From Deltaproteobacteria bacterium (GTDB taxonomy: Bacteria > JAGRBM01 > JAHCIT01), in assembly GCA_026129095.1 (NCBI GenBank), contig JAHCIT010000003.1, forward strand, positions 248,001 through 312,000: a stretch of 64,000 bases of DNA. The letters run 5' to 3'. Positions 10,737 to 21,740 of this stretch are shown piece after piece. The position numbers were made by a program, and so were the translations under genes. The notes under the pieces are model-generated. The model was not told the origin of the DNA and did no database searches. It worked only from the letters and a program-made list of their open reading frames with translations. The number at the start of each line of letters is the position of its first letter. The stretch's first letter is position 1.

Positions 10737-11618
10737 ATGCCCGGCCTGACCTGGCCCGAAGCGGCATTTGTCGCCTGGATGCGCGCATCCAGCTATTGGG
10801 CACTCGGCCAGGCCGTCATCCATGACCTCCAGAACCCGGACCTCCGGCGGATCCGGGCCGATATCGGACTGCCGTTCGGACCGGGCAGCGCCCACCGGGC
10901 TGACGTTTTTTATCCGCCAGCGGAAGCCCTTGGTGCCGTCCTGTTCGTTCATGGAGGCGGATGGGCTGGCGGCACCCGGCGCTTTGGCGAGCCGCTCGGC
11001 CGGGAACTGGCGAGCCGTGGCTTCCTGACGATCATGCCCGGTTACCGCCTGTTGCCGCAGGCCAATGTCGAGGAGGCCACCTCGGATGTCCGGCGCGCCT
11101 GGGAATGGGCGCTCGGCTTTGCGGACCGGGAAGGGTTTTCACCCGCCCGGGTCGCCCTTGGAGGAGAATCGGCCGGCTCGCACCTGACGACACGCGCCCT
11201 CTTGCGGCATTTTGCTCCTGAGGGAATTGCGCCACCTGCCCACATCGCGGTCTTCGGTCCCCATGACATGGAAAACTTTCTCGCCCGCGCCCAGCCCATT
11301 ACCCGTGCCGCCATGCGCCTGCTGCGTCACCCGTACGGTTCGCTCCGGGAAGCCGCGCCGCTGCTTTCAAACGTCACCGTTCCCTGGCCGCGCCATGTCC
11401 GGCTGCTGACCATTCATGGCGACCGGGACCCGCTGGTTCCGTACCGGATGAGCGTCCGGCTGCATGAGCACGCACAGAAATCCGGCGCCAGTGCCGAGCA
11501 TGTCCGGATTCATGGCGCGCCTCATGGTTTCATCAACACCCCGCGCACCCGTCACGGAAAACCCGCAGTCGAGGCCATGGACCGGTGGCTAAGGGGTATC
11601 TGGCAGGATCAGGGCTGA
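10737..11618 (+). CDS. Alpha/beta hydrolase (HSL-like esterase)
   Basis: HGGGW oxyanion motif, GESAG nucleophile elbow, HGDRDPLV (Asp) and HGF (His). Confidence 0.88.
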   Translation: MPGLTWPEAAFVAWMRASSYWALGQAVIHDLQNPDLRRIRADIGLPFGPGSAHRADVFYPPAEALGAVLFVHGGGWAGGTRRFGEPLGRELASRGFLTIMPGYRLLPQANVEEATSDVRRAWEWALGFADREGFSPARVALGGESAGSHLTTRALLRHFAPEGIAPPAHIAVFGPHDMENFLARAQPITRAAMRLLRHPYGSLREAAPLLSNVTVPWPRHVRLLTIHGDRDPLVPYRMSVRLHEHAQKSGASAEHVRIHGAPHGFINTPRTRHGKPAVEAMDRWLRGIWQDQG

Positions 11619-12481
11619 CGGGCTGCCGCCACCCCGGCGGCCCGGCCGGGCGACTTTCGTATCCATTCCGGATCAAACAGGAAGCCAAGCGAGACGAGTG
11701 CGCCCATTGTCAGCATCGTGATGTTGATGTTCAGCAGGACAATCAGATGCAGCCCCACCGTCAGCCACCAGACGATCATACGGGCGCGGGGATGGAAGAT
11801 GGCCGGAAGGAACAGTATCTCAACCCATACCGCGGCCCACGTCAGCACTTGGGAGACAAACATCGGCAGTTCGCGAAACCAAGAATGAATCCCCCAGCTC
11901 CTGTGCAGCGGAACGTCCAGAAATTCACGGAATGCGGCCCCGCTTCGCCAGTATGGCTGGAAGATCTTGTCTACCCCGCTGACGGTGTATGCGACTCCGA
12001 ACACAATCCAGCCGCCCATAATCAATTGCGGCGAAACCGACCACCCCTCGACCGGTTCGCGCGAACGGTTGTGCATGCTCCACGGTTCGCCCGCCGGCAC
12101 CAGAAGCGTCGCCAGCACCACCCAGCTCACAAAACCTATCGCGGGATTATCCACGACGGCATTTCGCTGAATGATGCAGGCATAGCCATACCAGACAAGC
12201 CCCGCCATCGCGTGGCGGTACAGTCCGGCGGCCAGCATCAGCGACGCCATGCCGACCAGCGTGAGAAAAAGGGGCGCTGCCGCGGGCAGCGGTATAAGAG
12301 CAAGTATGTTGGGGAACCAGCCAAGCCGGATCACATTCGAAGAAGGAACCGGAACCATTCCCTCCGGCCCGAACAGTTCTTCGGCCCAGGGGACCAGATG
12401 GAAGAAATACAGTGCCAGATAGGTACCCAGCAGCATCCGGTAAATCGCGAAGTGCCGGCCGGTCATCTTCATTGGCGGCAT
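11609..12481 (-). CDS. HTTM-domain membrane protein (SdpB / vitamin K-dependent carboxylase-like)
   Basis: Multi-TM protein with FAIYRMLLG, IIQRN, YTVSGVDKI...W.SG.A, LTWAAVWVE and GLHL, the pattern typical of HTTM proteins. Confidence 0.75.
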   Translation of the reverse strand: MPPMKMTGRHFAIYRMLLGTYLALYFFHLVPWAEELFGPEGMVPVPSSNVIRLGWFPNILALIPLPAAAPLFLTLVGMASLMLAAGLYRHAMAGLVWYGYACIIQRNAVVDNPAIGFVSWVVLATLLVPAGEPWSMHNRSREPVEGWSVSPQLIMGGWIVFGVAYTVSGVDKIFQPYWRSGAAFREFLDVPLHRSWGIHSWFRELPMFVSQVLTWAAVWVEILFLPAIFHPRARMIVWWLTVGLHLIVLLNINITMLTMGALVSLGFLFDPEWIRKSPGRAAGVAAARQP

Positions 12482-12999
12482 CTCACGGTCATGACCTGCG
12501 CACGGGTTCCTTCAGGTGTTTCCTCTACCGGAATTGTCAGTTGAACTTCCCTGACGCGTGACTGCACCTGCAGAAGTTCTGCGATCGGCCCGTTGCAGAA
12601 TCCGTGCTGCAACATGCCATAAAGTGCCTGAATGGGGCGATGCGGAGCCGCTGTCAATGAGGCGGCATATCCTGCCTTGAACTGATACGGTCCGGGCAAC
12701 TGCCGGAGAATGCCCAAAGTGGTTTCTTTATGGATGACCGTTCCGTCGGTGAGCCTGAAATCGGCATGGAACCACGGACTGTATTGCGGCATCCCTTCTC
12801 CCCTGTTGGAAAACACCACTGCATAGGGAGCGACCATCAGGGCCTTGGCCCACGTGATCAGCGGCGGATAGGTATAATAGGCAACACTCGCCGATGCCCC
12901 GGCCACGGTCAGCGCCCGGATCGCCCATATCCGCCAGCCCCTGCGAACCCGATTCTGTAGCTCCTTGAAGTCCAACGCTGCCATGATATCACGATGCAT
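12469..12999 (-). CDS. Hypothetical protein with an N-terminal membrane anchor; partner of the HTTM gene
   Basis: Hydrophobic stretch AIRALTVAGASASVAYY; overlaps the HTTM start. Start codon uncertain. Confidence 0.65.
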   Translation of the reverse strand: MHRDIMAALDFKELQNRVRRGWRIWAIRALTVAGASASVAYYTYPPLITWAKALMVAPYAVVFSNRGEGMPQYSPWFHADFRLTDGTVIHKETTLGILRQLPGPYQFKAGYAASLTAAPHRPIQALYGMLQHGFCNGPIAELLQVQSRVREVQLTIPVEETPEGTRAQVMTVRCRQ

Positions 13000-13047
13000 T
13001 TTCAGGCGCTACGTTGCCGCAACCATCGTGGATAGCCGGTGTTGCCG

Positions 13048-14040
13048 TTATGGCACGGCCATATCGATGGCGGCGATCATGCTCGCGGGGTTGGCCCTGC
13101 CCTGCCAGGCTATGCCGAACGCCGTGCCATGATCCGGAGAGGTCCGTATGAACGGAAGGCCGATGGTTGAGTTGACCCCTTCGTCAAACCCCAGAACCTT
13201 GACTGGTATCAGCCCCTGGTCGTGATAAAGCGCGACCACGGCATCGAACTCTCCGGTCACCGCCCGGTGAAAAACGGTATCCGGAGAGAGCGGCCCTTCG
13301 ACCGGGAGCCCTTCTGCGGCAAGCCGTGATACAAGTGGCCCGATCCATTCGACTTCCTCACTTCCCAGCATCCCGTCTTCTCCGGCATGGGGATTGAGGC
13401 CAGCCACCGCGAGCTTCAACCGGCGTTCCGTCCTTATCCATCGCGGCAGTTCCCGGCAACCCAGCCGGATGACCCGTTCCAGCTCGGCTGGCGTCAGGGC
13501 CGAAAACAGTTTCCGCAACGGCAGATGGATTGTCGCCAGAATGACTCTCAGCTTCGAGCAGGAAAGCATCATGGCAAAGTCGGATGTCTTCGCACGTTCG
13601 GCCAGCAGCTCCGTATGGCCGGGGAATGCGATTCCAGCCGCCTTGAATGCGGTCTTGGCTATCGGTGCCGTCACTACGGCCTGGGCTTCCTTCGCAAGTG
13701 CAAGATCGGCAGCCTTCACAATCCACCCGTGAATTTCCCGGCCGAACCGCCTGCCCGCGTATGCCGGGTCAACATCGCCAAAGGGGATATCGACGGCTCC
13801 GGGGACTTCCGGCGCAAGGACATGAAGAATACCTGCTTCGGTAGCCTCGGCGGCCGAACCAATCCGCCGGATCACCAGCCCCGGAGCAAACCGCCGGGCG
13901 GCTTCTTCCATTACCGACGCCGCGCCGGTAACCAGATACCGTGAGTGCGGACGGGCCAGAACGGCCCGGACTGTCACTTCCGGTCCGATGCCATGCGGGT
14001 CGCCCGGAGAAATCGCAAGCAGCGGTGTTTCCGGTGGCAT
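13048..14040 (-). CDS. pdxA: 4-hydroxythreonine-4-phosphate dehydrogenase
   Basis: GDPHGIGPEV, VTAPI.K, FPGHTE, GLNPHAGE, YHDQGLIP.K, IRTSPDHGTAF. Confidence 0.96.
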   Translation of the reverse strand: MPPETPLLAISPGDPHGIGPEVTVRAVLARPHSRYLVTGAASVMEEAARRFAPGLVIRRIGSAAEATEAGILHVLAPEVPGAVDIPFGDVDPAYAGRRFGREIHGWIVKAADLALAKEAQAVVTAPIAKTAFKAAGIAFPGHTELLAERAKTSDFAMMLSCSKLRVILATIHLPLRKLFSALTPAELERVIRLGCRELPRWIRTERRLKLAVAGLNPHAGEDGMLGSEEVEWIGPLVSRLAAEGLPVEGPLSPDTVFHRAVTGEFDAVVALYHDQGLIPVKVLGFDEGVNSTIGLPFIRTSPDHGTAFGIAWQGRANPASMIAAIDMAVP

Positions 14041-14057
14041 GATGAGATATTCTGGCC

Positions 14058-15056
14058 CTACAGCCCCGGAAGTTCGTGGCGTTCGATACGGGCGCCGGCA
14101 ACCAGATCCTCAATATAGTGCTCGAACGCCTCGTCGGTCTTCTGGTTCTCAAGAGCACCCTTGATCTGGGAGAATACCGCGTCGAGCGGCTGGCTTTCGC
14201 TCCCGGACCGGTCGAGAACCTTGAGCAGGTAGACGCCCCGCTCGTCCGTCACCGGATCTGAGATCTGCCCCTTGGGGGTGGAGAAAATGGCCGCCTCCAG
14301 AAACGGCAGGATCGATCCCCGCCGCACGACACCAATATCGCCACCTCGTGAGGCATTCGGTCCGCTGGAGTGCTGGCGGACAATCGCCGCGAAATCTCCA
14401 GTCTTCTCGGCCTCGCCCTTGAGCGACACGGCACGTTCCATCGTCCGGACCCGGCCCTTGGCATCGGCAGGATCCGCAAAAGGCAGGAACAGCATCTGGA
14501 CGCGGGCTTCCTCGGCAGACTTCCTGTAGCTGGCGTCGTAGTAGGCTTTTATCTCCGCTTCCGAAACCGATACCCTGGGGCGGAGCAAGGACATTTTCAG
14601 CCGGTCAAACAGGATCGCATACCGGACTTCCCGCCGGTAACGATCCCAGGTAAGTCCCTGTGCCTTGGCCTCTGCCTGCAACTGCTCGCGGGTCAGTCCC
14701 CTGCCCGACTGCAGCCGCTCGATCGCCTCATCCACCTCGAAGTCGGTTACTGCCATTCCGTACCGCCGGGCATCCTGGTCCACCAGCACCAGCCTGATGA
14801 GCTCATCGGCAGCCCGGCTCATGCCGTCACCCAGCGCACGCCTGAGTTCCGCCTCCGGTACGCCGGGGTTCAGCATCCGGAACTTGGTCAGTTCCTGTTC
14901 CCTGGTCTCACGAATGTCACTGAGCAGGATCGGCTCGTCGTTCACCACGATTGCCACGGCATCAAGAACCCCAGGCTGTGCCGCACCTGCCGGCAGCGGC
15001 ATGAGCAGCGGCAGAATGCCGATAACAACGAAAAGAAACCGGAACGTGTTGTCCAT
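14058..15056 (-). CDS. surA: SurA-like periplasmic chaperone / parvulin PPIase
   Basis: Signal peptide, LDAVAIVVNDEPILLSD (SurA N-domain) and parvulin GGDIG; surA-pdxA gene order. Confidence 0.8.
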   Translation of the reverse strand: MDNTFRFLFVVIGILPLLMPLPAGAAQPGVLDAVAIVVNDEPILLSDIRETREQELTKFRMLNPGVPEAELRRALGDGMSRAADELIRLVLVDQDARRYGMAVTDFEVDEAIERLQSGRGLTREQLQAEAKAQGLTWDRYRREVRYAILFDRLKMSLLRPRVSVSEAEIKAYYDASYRKSAEEARVQMLFLPFADPADAKGRVRTMERAVSLKGEAEKTGDFAAIVRQHSSGPNASRGGDIGVVRRGSILPFLEAAIFSTPKGQISDPVTDERGVYLLKVLDRSGSESQPLDAVFSQIKGALENQKTDEAFEHYIEDLVAGARIERHELPGL

Positions 15057-15059
15057 GCA

Positions 15060-16073
15060 CTACCTTGCAGCGGTGATATTCTTGAGCAGGTCGTCGGTCA
15101 CTTCAATCCTGGCCGCCTTGCGCTGCTTTTCCAGCCATGATGCAACCGCCCGCATCCGCCGTTCAGACCTCATCTGGCCGGCCAGCTCGTCCCGCACATC
15201 TTCAAAAGCTCTCCGGCCGGGCGGGTTCACCGAGTTCAGCCGGAACACATGATACCCGTACGAGGTCCGTACCACACCCGATATTTCTCCGACGGACAGA
15301 TGGCGGACCGGCGTTTCCAGCTCGGGGGGAAGCTCTCCGGCAGCAAACTCCCCGACAAATCCGTCACGGGCCGCTTCCGGGGCCACCGACCGCTCGCGGG
15401 CAAGTTTTTCAAACGGGACATTCCGCTTCCGGATGAGATTGATGATTTCCAGCGCCTCGGTCTCCGACCGCAACAGTATCTGTGACACGGAGAAACGCTC
15501 GGGATAACCGAAACGATCTGGCATTTCGTCATACTGCTGGCGGAGTTCCGCATCGTCCGGATCGGGAGCACTGGCGGCGATTGTGTCCGATACCCGCTCT
15601 AGAAGGAGGCGGCGGGCGACCATTTCGCGCCACTGGTCAAGGGTAAAATAGCGGCGCGACAGTTCCCGCTCCAGTTCCTGTTCCTCGTAGTGGCTGAGCA
15701 GACGTGTGACCTCGCCGTCGATCTCCCCCGGCTCAAGCGTGATTCCACGGCGGCGGGCCTCGGCAAGCAGAAGCTGTTCGTCGATCTGCTCACGAATCAG
15801 CTGCCGTATCTCCATCTCGTATCCGGATGAACCAGCTGGCGGGTTTCCCTGTGCAGCGAGGCGGGGAAGCAGCATCCGGTCAAATTCGCGCCGGGTCACG
15901 GTGCGGTCGTCCACGCGAATCACGATTGGCTCGGTCCGCGCTGTTTCCTGGCATCCGGCGGATACGGCCAGCAGGATCAGGGTGCAGGATATCACCGCAC
16001 TTCCCCGCCAGACGCACGAGGGGCGGCCCCTGCACCCGTCCGTGCGGACCGCCCCCCGGTTCATCACAATCAA
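15060..16073 (-). CDS. PpiC/parvulin-type peptidylprolyl isomerase, probable lipoprotein
   Basis: VSAGC lipobox-like motif, VSQILL..E.EA, FEKLARERS, SGVVRTSYGYHVF. Start uncertain. Confidence 0.85.
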   Translation of the reverse strand: MIVMNRGAVRTDGCRGRPSCVWRGSAVISCTLILLAVSAGCQETARTEPIVIRVDDRTVTRREFDRMLLPRLAAQGNPPAGSSGYEMEIRQLIREQIDEQLLLAEARRRGITLEPGEIDGEVTRLLSHYEEQELERELSRRYFTLDQWREMVARRLLLERVSDTIAASAPDPDDAELRQQYDEMPDRFGYPERFSVSQILLRSETEALEIINLIRKRNVPFEKLARERSVAPEAARDGFVGEFAAGELPPELETPVRHLSVGEISGVVRTSYGYHVFRLNSVNPPGRRAFEDVRDELAGQMRSERRMRAVASWLEKQRKAARIEVTDDLLKNITAAR

Positions 16074-16084
16074 ACGGGCGCCGG

Positions 16085-17092
16085 TTATTCGCCCGGCGCG
16101 GGTGCCGTCTCTGTCGCCGGCGCTCCCGATGCACCACCAGCACCCGGCCGGTTGGCCAGATTTGCGGGCAGCGCGAAATCCACGCGGGACAACGCGGCGT
16201 CATCAATCTTCACGTCTGACTTGGTCATGAGCTGCTGCTTGAAGTCATCGAACTTCTTGACGCGCAGCTTGTTCATGATCTGGCGCCGGACCTGCGGGTT
16301 GTCGAAAGCCCGTGCCGTGACGGTCTTCGGGCCGGTCACGCGGACGATTTCCCACCCTTCCGGCGACTCAAAAGGCTCGGAGTAGTCGTTCACCTTGAGA
16401 TTGGCGATGGCACGTCCCACCGGAGTCTGGGCGTTGGCCGGCACCGGGCCGCGATCGCCAGCCTGGTCCTTGACCGGCTGCGGATCATCGCTGAACTCCT
16501 TGACGGCGGCATCCCATGCACGGCCGCGCTTCAGGGCGGCATGAGCCTTCTTGATCTCGCGCTCGGCTTCGGCGCGCTTGGCGACCGTGTCAGGCATGCC
16601 CGGCGGCGGAGCCCGCTTGAGGATGCGGGCGATGTTCACCGTTTCTTCCTTGAAGTCATCCTGGTGCGCGTCGTAAAAGGCTTTCAGTTCCTCATCCGAC
16701 GGGCTTTCATTCATCAGCTTGCGGCGGAGCATGTTGGAAGCAATCTGCTTGGTGTAGTTTTCCACCTTGGCCTTCACTTCAGGGTCTTCGGTAATCCCGC
16801 GCTTCCTGGCCTCGATGTAGACAGCCTCTTCCGAGAGGAACGTGCTGACGTATTCCTTCAGCTTCGCCTTGTCCTGCGACATCTGGACGCGCTGCTGGAA
16901 CGGTACACGGCGAAGGGATTCTTCCAGAGCCGCGAGACGGACCGGCTCGCCGTTCACATGGGCGACGACTGGCGAATCATCGGCCTTGCCCTTGGCGCCG
17001 TCGGTGCCCTTCTTGCCCTTGTTGCAGGCGCCTGCTGACGCCAGTGCTGCTGCCATGAGGGCGGTTGCTATGATCCTGCGTGTGAAAAACAT
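16085..17092 (-). CDS. PpiC/parvulin-type peptidylprolyl isomerase, lipoprotein
   Basis: LASAGAC lipobox, VVAHVNGEPV, FSDD....AGDRG, YSEPFESPEGWEIV. Confidence 0.85.
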   Translation of the reverse strand: MFFTRRIIATALMAAALASAGACNKGKKGTDGAKGKADDSPVVAHVNGEPVRLAALEESLRRVPFQQRVQMSQDKAKLKEYVSTFLSEEAVYIEARKRGITEDPEVKAKVENYTKQIASNMLRRKLMNESPSDEELKAFYDAHQDDFKEETVNIARILKRAPPPGMPDTVAKRAEAEREIKKAHAALKRGRAWDAAVKEFSDDPQPVKDQAGDRGPVPANAQTPVGRAIANLKVNDYSEPFESPEGWEIVRVTGPKTVTARAFDNPQVRRQIMNKLRVKKFDDFKQQLMTKSDVKIDDAALSRVDFALPANLANRPGAGGASGAPATETAPAPGE

Positions 17093-17107
17093 CTGACTGG
17101 TATCTCC

Positions 17108-20100
17108 TTACCTGTTCGGTTTTTTCTTTACCCCAGCGGTTTCCCCATCCGCGTGTTCTATCAACTCCAGAACCGAGTGTGCTGCATGGAAAACCTCCGT
17201 CGGGCGGATGTCGTCAAAACGCACTATAAACCGGTTCTCTGGTGTAACTCGATATCTTACCGGATCGGTCCGAATCAAGTTAACGAGACGGTCCGGGTCG
17301 GGAACTTTTAAGGAACCATCTGCGCCTGCTGCAAACCTGAGTGCCACATCACGTGAACCGATTTTCATCTCCATGACTCCAAGCCGCCGGAGCCGTATCT
17401 TGATGGCCATCAGGGAGATCAGGTTCTGGGCTTCGTCAGGAAGCGGCCCGTAGCAGTCAATCAGTTCATCCCGCCCCTGCTCCAGGGCCTCTTTGGTCCG
17501 TGCGGCTGACAATTTCTTGTAGTAGATGAGCTTTTCCGTGAGGTCGGGCACATATGAGACAGGCAGAAGGGTCGCTACCGGGAGACTGACCTCCGGCTCG
17601 ATCTCCTCCTGGTAGGCTTCGCCTTTCAGTTCATGAACCGCACGGTCCAATAACTCGATATATAAGTCGAACCCGACCGCCGCGATGTGCCCCGACTGTG
17701 CATCTCCCAGAACATTCCCGCCGCCACGCAGTTCCAGGTCGTGACTGGCAATCTTGAACCCGGAACCGAGGTCACTGTGTTCCTGCAGAATCCTGAGCCG
17801 TTTCTCTGCCTCGGGGTTCAGTTTTTCTCCTGGAGGCAGCAAAAGATAGCAGTAGCCACGGCGGTTCGACCGCCCCACCCGGCCCCTGAGCTGGTACAAC
17901 TGCGCAAGCCCGAACCGGTCAGCCCTTTCCACGATCATCGTGTTTGCATTGGGAATGTCGAGTCCGCTTTCGACGATCGTCGTGGAAAGAAGCACCTGAA
18001 ACTCGTTGTGCAGGAAGCCGAGCATGATTTTTTCCAGCCGGGCCGGCTCCATCTGTCCATGTCCGATCTCGATACGGACACCGGGCAGCAGTTCCCGCAG
18101 CGTGCGGGCCCGTTCCTCAATGCCCTGCACACGGTTGAACAGGTAAAAGACCTGTCCGCCACGGTTCACCTCGGCCATTACAGCGTCCTTGATCGTGCGT
18201 TCCGAATACCGGCTGACGACGGTCCGGATCGAAAGCCGGTCCTGCGGCGGCGTCGCAATAAGGGAAAACTCCCTTAGCCCGGTCAGGGACATCTGAAGCG
18301 TACGGGGGATTGGCGTCGCCGACAGGGACAGGCAGTGCGCGACCACACGGAGTTTCTTGAGGCGTTCCTTGTGCCGGACGCCGAAACGGTGCTCCTCGTC
18401 AATGATGACCAGTCCCAGCTCACGGAAACCCACATCATTCTGAAGCAGGCGGTGCGTGCCGATCACGATATCCACCTGCCCGGCTGCCAGGCGCTTCAAT
18501 ATGTCCCGCTGCTCGGCCGGCGTCCGGAACCGGCTCAACGCCTCAACCCGGACTCCATGATGGGCGAGCCGGCCCGTGAAGGTTTCCTGATGCTGCTGTG
18601 CCAGTACTGTCGTCGGAACGAGCAGCGCCACCTGCTTGCCATCCAGGACGGCCTTGTAAGCAGCCCGGAGCGCCACTTCGGTCTTGCCGTACCCCACATC
18701 GCCGCAAACGAGACGATCCATGGGTTTCCCGCTCATCAGGTCATGAACGACCTCTCCGATGGCGCGTTCCTGGTCTTCTGTCTCCTCGTACGGGAACTCG
18801 GCCTCGAACTTCCGGTAATCGTCCTGGAGCGGCCGGGCAGGATAAGCCGGATGCACCTGCCTCTGCGCATAAAGATCAAGCAGTTCGGCGGCCAGCTTGT
18901 AGACGGCGTCGCACACCTTCTTGCGGGTCGTCTGCCATTGATTTCCACCGAGCCGGTCCAGCACCGGCACATGGCCTTCCGCGGACGAATAGCGGGCCAC
19001 CATGTGGAGCCGGTCCACCGGCACAAGCAGCTTGTCGCTGTTCGCGTATTCAAGCTCCATCACCTCGACGGGAATCTGGTCCACCATGACGGTCTTGAGC
19101 CCCAGATACCGTCCCACGCCATAATCGTTATGGACCACGTAATCGCCGGGCTTCAGATCCTCCAGCGACTGAAGGAACGACTCCAGGTTCCGCCGTGCAG
19201 TGCGAACGGGTTTCTGCTGTCCTGTACGGAAGAAATCACCCTCGGTGATAACCGCGAGCCGTTCGTCAGGCAGCACGAACCCGCCGGACATGGCTCCGAT
19301 AACCACTCGTGGCGGCTCGGCCACGGGCCGCTGCAGGTCGCGGTCAGTCAGCGGGCGGGTGAAATCGGGAATGATGACGGGATCAACGGGAACCGGTGCC
19401 AGCCCGTGGGGGTCCAGCAGGGTCCGGACCCGTTCCAGCGCGGACCGGTTCTGGAGACTGAACAGCACCCGGTACCCGGCGGCCTTCCACTCCTCCAGGC
19501 GCCGGACCGCCGGCTCCAGTGGCGATTCCTCACCCTCCCCAGCCTGAGGCGGATGCAACTCCTTCTCCGGCGTGCCGACGCGAATGTTCAGGTGCTCACG
19601 GTCATCGAGTTTTTCGTATATCTCGAGGCCGGAAATTTCGAGACGCTTCTGGCGGTCGATCAGTTTGCGGATCTCATCCGCGCCCGCGAACCGCTCGCTG
19701 TAGCGGGCCAGCGCGAGCCCTTCCTCGCGGCGGCGCCGGTAGGACTCCTCCAGCCGGGCCGCGGAATCCTCCAGCACCCGGTCGCAGGCGATCGGCTCAC
19801 AGATGACGATGGGGCCGGTCACGTAGTCCGCTATCGACGGCAGCTGGCCGTAAAGTGCCGGCGTCAGGTACTCGGCACCCGTGACATGTATTCCGCTGGC
19901 AAGATCGTCCCTGACCCGCGTCACCAGTTCATAGTCCACCTCCTCACGGTCGCGCTCCGTGTTGAGGTATTCCACGGCCCGCTCCCGGTATGGAGATTTC
20001 AGTAACAGTTCGCTTGCAGGCAGCAGAACAAAATCAGGCAGGCTCGCTACCCCGCCCGGCAACGGAAGGGTCCTCTGGGTGGATGGATCGAATGGGCGAA

Positions 20101-20737
20101 TGGTGGCCAGCCGGTCCAGCTCGAAATCGAGCCGGAGCGGCCAGTCATAACCGGTGGCGAAAATATCGATGATCGAGCCTTTCACGGCAAAATCACCGCG
20201 ATCTTCCACCCGTGCCGACCGCCGGTAGCCAAGATCGGCAAACCGGCTGACGGACGTTTCGAAATCGGTCTCTTCGTCCGCAGCCAGCAGATCGTATTCG
20301 GTCCGCAGCGTGGCGGGCGGGAATGGCCGGGGGAGAAGCGCCTCGGCTGGAGCAATAACCACTGCTTCGCCCTGCCTCGCAAAAAGCTGGTACAACGCCG
20401 TCACCCGGCCGCTCGCCACATCCACGGGCGGCGAACGGTCATCCTCGGGACGGGCTTCCCATGCGTGCAGTATCTGGAATTTCCGGGCCGTCAGGGCATG
20501 CGGATGATCGTCGGCGGGATCGATGCCCAGAAACCGCAGCCAGTCGGACCGGAGCTGTTCGGCCGCCAGTATGTCGGGAACCACGACCAGTTGCGGGCGG
20601 AATCCCTCCCGGTAGAGACACGCCAGATGCCAGGCTGCGGCCGCACCCGCCGGTCCGCCAAGGACAAAAGAGCCCCGCTGCCGAAGCCGTTCGGCCAGTA
20701 TCCTGAAATCAGTAGTGGTCGGTTCAGTGGTGTCCAC
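17108..20737 (-). CDS. mfd: Transcription-repair coupling factor Mfd
   Basis: UvrB-like N-terminus, RID ([17 protein letters not shown]), [36 protein letters not shown] and TRG motif (DLELRGGGN). Confidence 0.98.
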   Translation of the reverse strand: MDTTEPTTTDFRILAERLRQRGSFVLGGPAGAAAAWHLACLYREGFRPQLVVVPDILAAEQLRSDWLRFLGIDPADDHPHALTARKFQILHAWEARPEDDRSPPVDVASGRVTALYQLFARQGEAVVIAPAEALLPRPFPPATLRTEYDLLAADEETDFETSVSRFADLGYRRSARVEDRGDFAVKGSIIDIFATGYDWPLRLDFELDRLATIRPFDPSTQRTLPLPGGVASLPDFVLLPASELLLKSPYRERAVEYLNTERDREEVDYELVTRVRDDLASGIHVTGAEYLTPALYGQLPSIADYVTGPIVICEPIACDRVLEDSAARLEESYRRRREEGLALARYSERFAGADEIRKLIDRQKRLEISGLEIYEKLDDREHLNIRVGTPEKELHPPQAGEGEESPLEPAVRRLEEWKAAGYRVLFSLQNRSALERVRTLLDPHGLAPVPVDPVIIPDFTRPLTDRDLQRPVAEPPRVVIGAMSGGFVLPDERLAVITEGDFFRTGQQKPVRTARRNLESFLQSLEDLKPGDYVVHNDYGVGRYLGLKTVMVDQIPVEVMELEYANSDKLLVPVDRLHMVARYSSAEGHVPVLDRLGGNQWQTTRKKVCDAVYKLAAELLDLYAQRQVHPAYPARPLQDDYRKFEAEFPYEETEDQERAIGEVVHDLMSGKPMDRLVCGDVGYGKTEVALRAAYKAVLDGKQVALLVPTTVLAQQHQETFTGRLAHHGVRVEALSRFRTPAEQRDILKRLAAGQVDIVIGTHRLLQNDVGFRELGLVIIDEEHRFGVRHKERLKKLRVVAHCLSLSATPIPRTLQMSLTGLREFSLIATPPQDRLSIRTVVSRYSERTIKDAVMAEVNRGGQVFYLFNRVQGIEERARTLRELLPGVRIEIGHGQMEPARLEKIMLGFLHNEFQVLLSTTIVESGLDIPNANTMIVERADRFGLAQLYQLRGRVGRSNRRGYCYLLLPPGEKLNPEAEKRLRILQEHSDLGSGFKIASHDLELRGGGNVLGDAQSGHIAAVGFDLYIELLDRAVHELKGEAYQEEIEPEVSLPVATLLPVSYVPDLTEKLIYYKKLSAARTKEALEQGRDELIDCYGPLPDEAQNLISLMAIKIRLRRLGVMEMKIGSRDVALRFAAGADGSLKVPDPDRLVNLIRTDPVRYRVTPENRFIVRFDDIRPTEVFHAAHSVLELIEHADGETAGVKKKPNR

Positions 20738-20826
20738 GTTCCGGCCGGGCGGCGACGCTACGCGAAGCGCAGCGGGGCTTCAATCCTTGACAAACATTCA
20801 ATCATGGACAGTTTTGTCGTTACCGG

Positions 20827-20855
20827 TTGACCAGCCGGGTATCCTTGGTGAAACT
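20827..20855 (+). promoter_or_regulatory. Putative sigma70-type promoter of trxA
   Basis: TTGACC-N17-GAAACT upstream of GGGAGG and the ATG at 20901. Confidence 0.4.
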
Positions 20856-20900
20856 GAGGACAGATTTTCTCTCTACGGCCCGGGAGGTCCGTTCCCCATC

Positions 20901-21224
20901 ATGGCAAAGCCTATCGACGTAACCGACGCAACGTTTGAATCTGAAGTGCTCAAGTCACCGGTTCCTGTTCTCCTGGACTTCTGGGCCCCCTGGTGCGGTC
21001 CCTGCCGTGCCATCGCCCCGGCGCTCGAAGAGCTCACCGGCCAGTATGAAGGCAAGGCCAAGATTGCCAAGATCAACATTGACGAGAACATGAATACGCC
21101 CAGCCAGTTCGGTGTCCGGGCCATCCCGACGCTCATCGTCTTCAAGGGCGGTAAGGCAGTGGACCAGATCATGGGCGCACAGCCCAAGGCATCCATTGCG
21201 ACGGTTCTGAACAAGCATATCTGA
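20901..21224 (+). CDS. trxA: Thioredoxin
   Basis: [18 protein letters not shown]; 107 aa from ATG 20901. Confidence 0.97.
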   Translation: MAKPIDVTDATFESEVLKSPVPVLLDFWAPWCGPCRAIAPALEELTGQYEGKAKIAKINIDENMNTPSQFGVRAIPTLIVFKGGKAVDQIMGAQPKASIATVLNKHI

Positions 21225-21338
21225 ATAACCGGCGATTCAGAACGAACCGCACCCTTGCTCCGGTCACAAACGGCTTTGGTACTGATTTTGGCCGGGTCGC
21301 ATACCCGTCTGCCTTCTGAAAGAGTATAGTCGCCCGTC

Positions 21339-21740
21339 GTGAGCTACATTGTCTGGCGGCCTGACTTCGATCTGGGAATCCCCGTCCTGGACCAGCACCA
21401 CCACAATCTGGTGGCACTGATCAATGATTTTCATCTATCGGTAAACCGGGGGCTGGACAGCGAACTGTGCAGCACCATCTTCAGCCGTCTGCGTGAATAC
21501 GCCGACTACCACTTCAAGGTGGAAGAAGCCCTGATGGCTCACCACGGCTACCCGGAATCCCCCGACCACATCGCCGAACACCGGCTTTTCGTCAACAACG
21601 TTGGCCGGCTGGAAAAAACATTTGCGCAGGATCCCCTGCTGACGCAGCAGGTGCTCCAGTATCTGAAACAGTGGCTGGAGCAGCATATCCTGGTCATCGA
21701 CAGGCAACTGGCGGAGCATATCAAAGCTGGGCAGCACTGA
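21339..21740 (+). CDS. Bacteriohemerythrin (single domain)
   Basis: Di-iron ligand pattern DQHH, HFKVEE, HIAEH, WLEQHILVID. Confidence 0.92.
   Translation: MSYIVWRPDFDLGIPVLDQHHHNLVALINDFHLSVNRGLDSELCSTIFSRLREYADYHFKVEEALMAHHGYPESPDHIAEHRLFVNNVGRLEKTFAQDPLLTQQVLQYLKQWLEQHILVIDRQLAEHIKAGQH

Noticed and set aside
9684-13040. Genomic island integrated at tRNA-Glu
   Set aside because: I saw no integrase and no duplicated tRNA 3' end by eye. The genes may be accessory, but there is no direct evidence of an island.
20715-20900. N-terminal extensions of TrxA (also Gpx, NuoA1, NuoJ1, NuoK1, NuoD2, NuoE, NuoG) in the ORF track
   Set aside because: These come from longest-ORF start calling; downstream starts with an RBS or stop-start coupling give normal-sized proteins.
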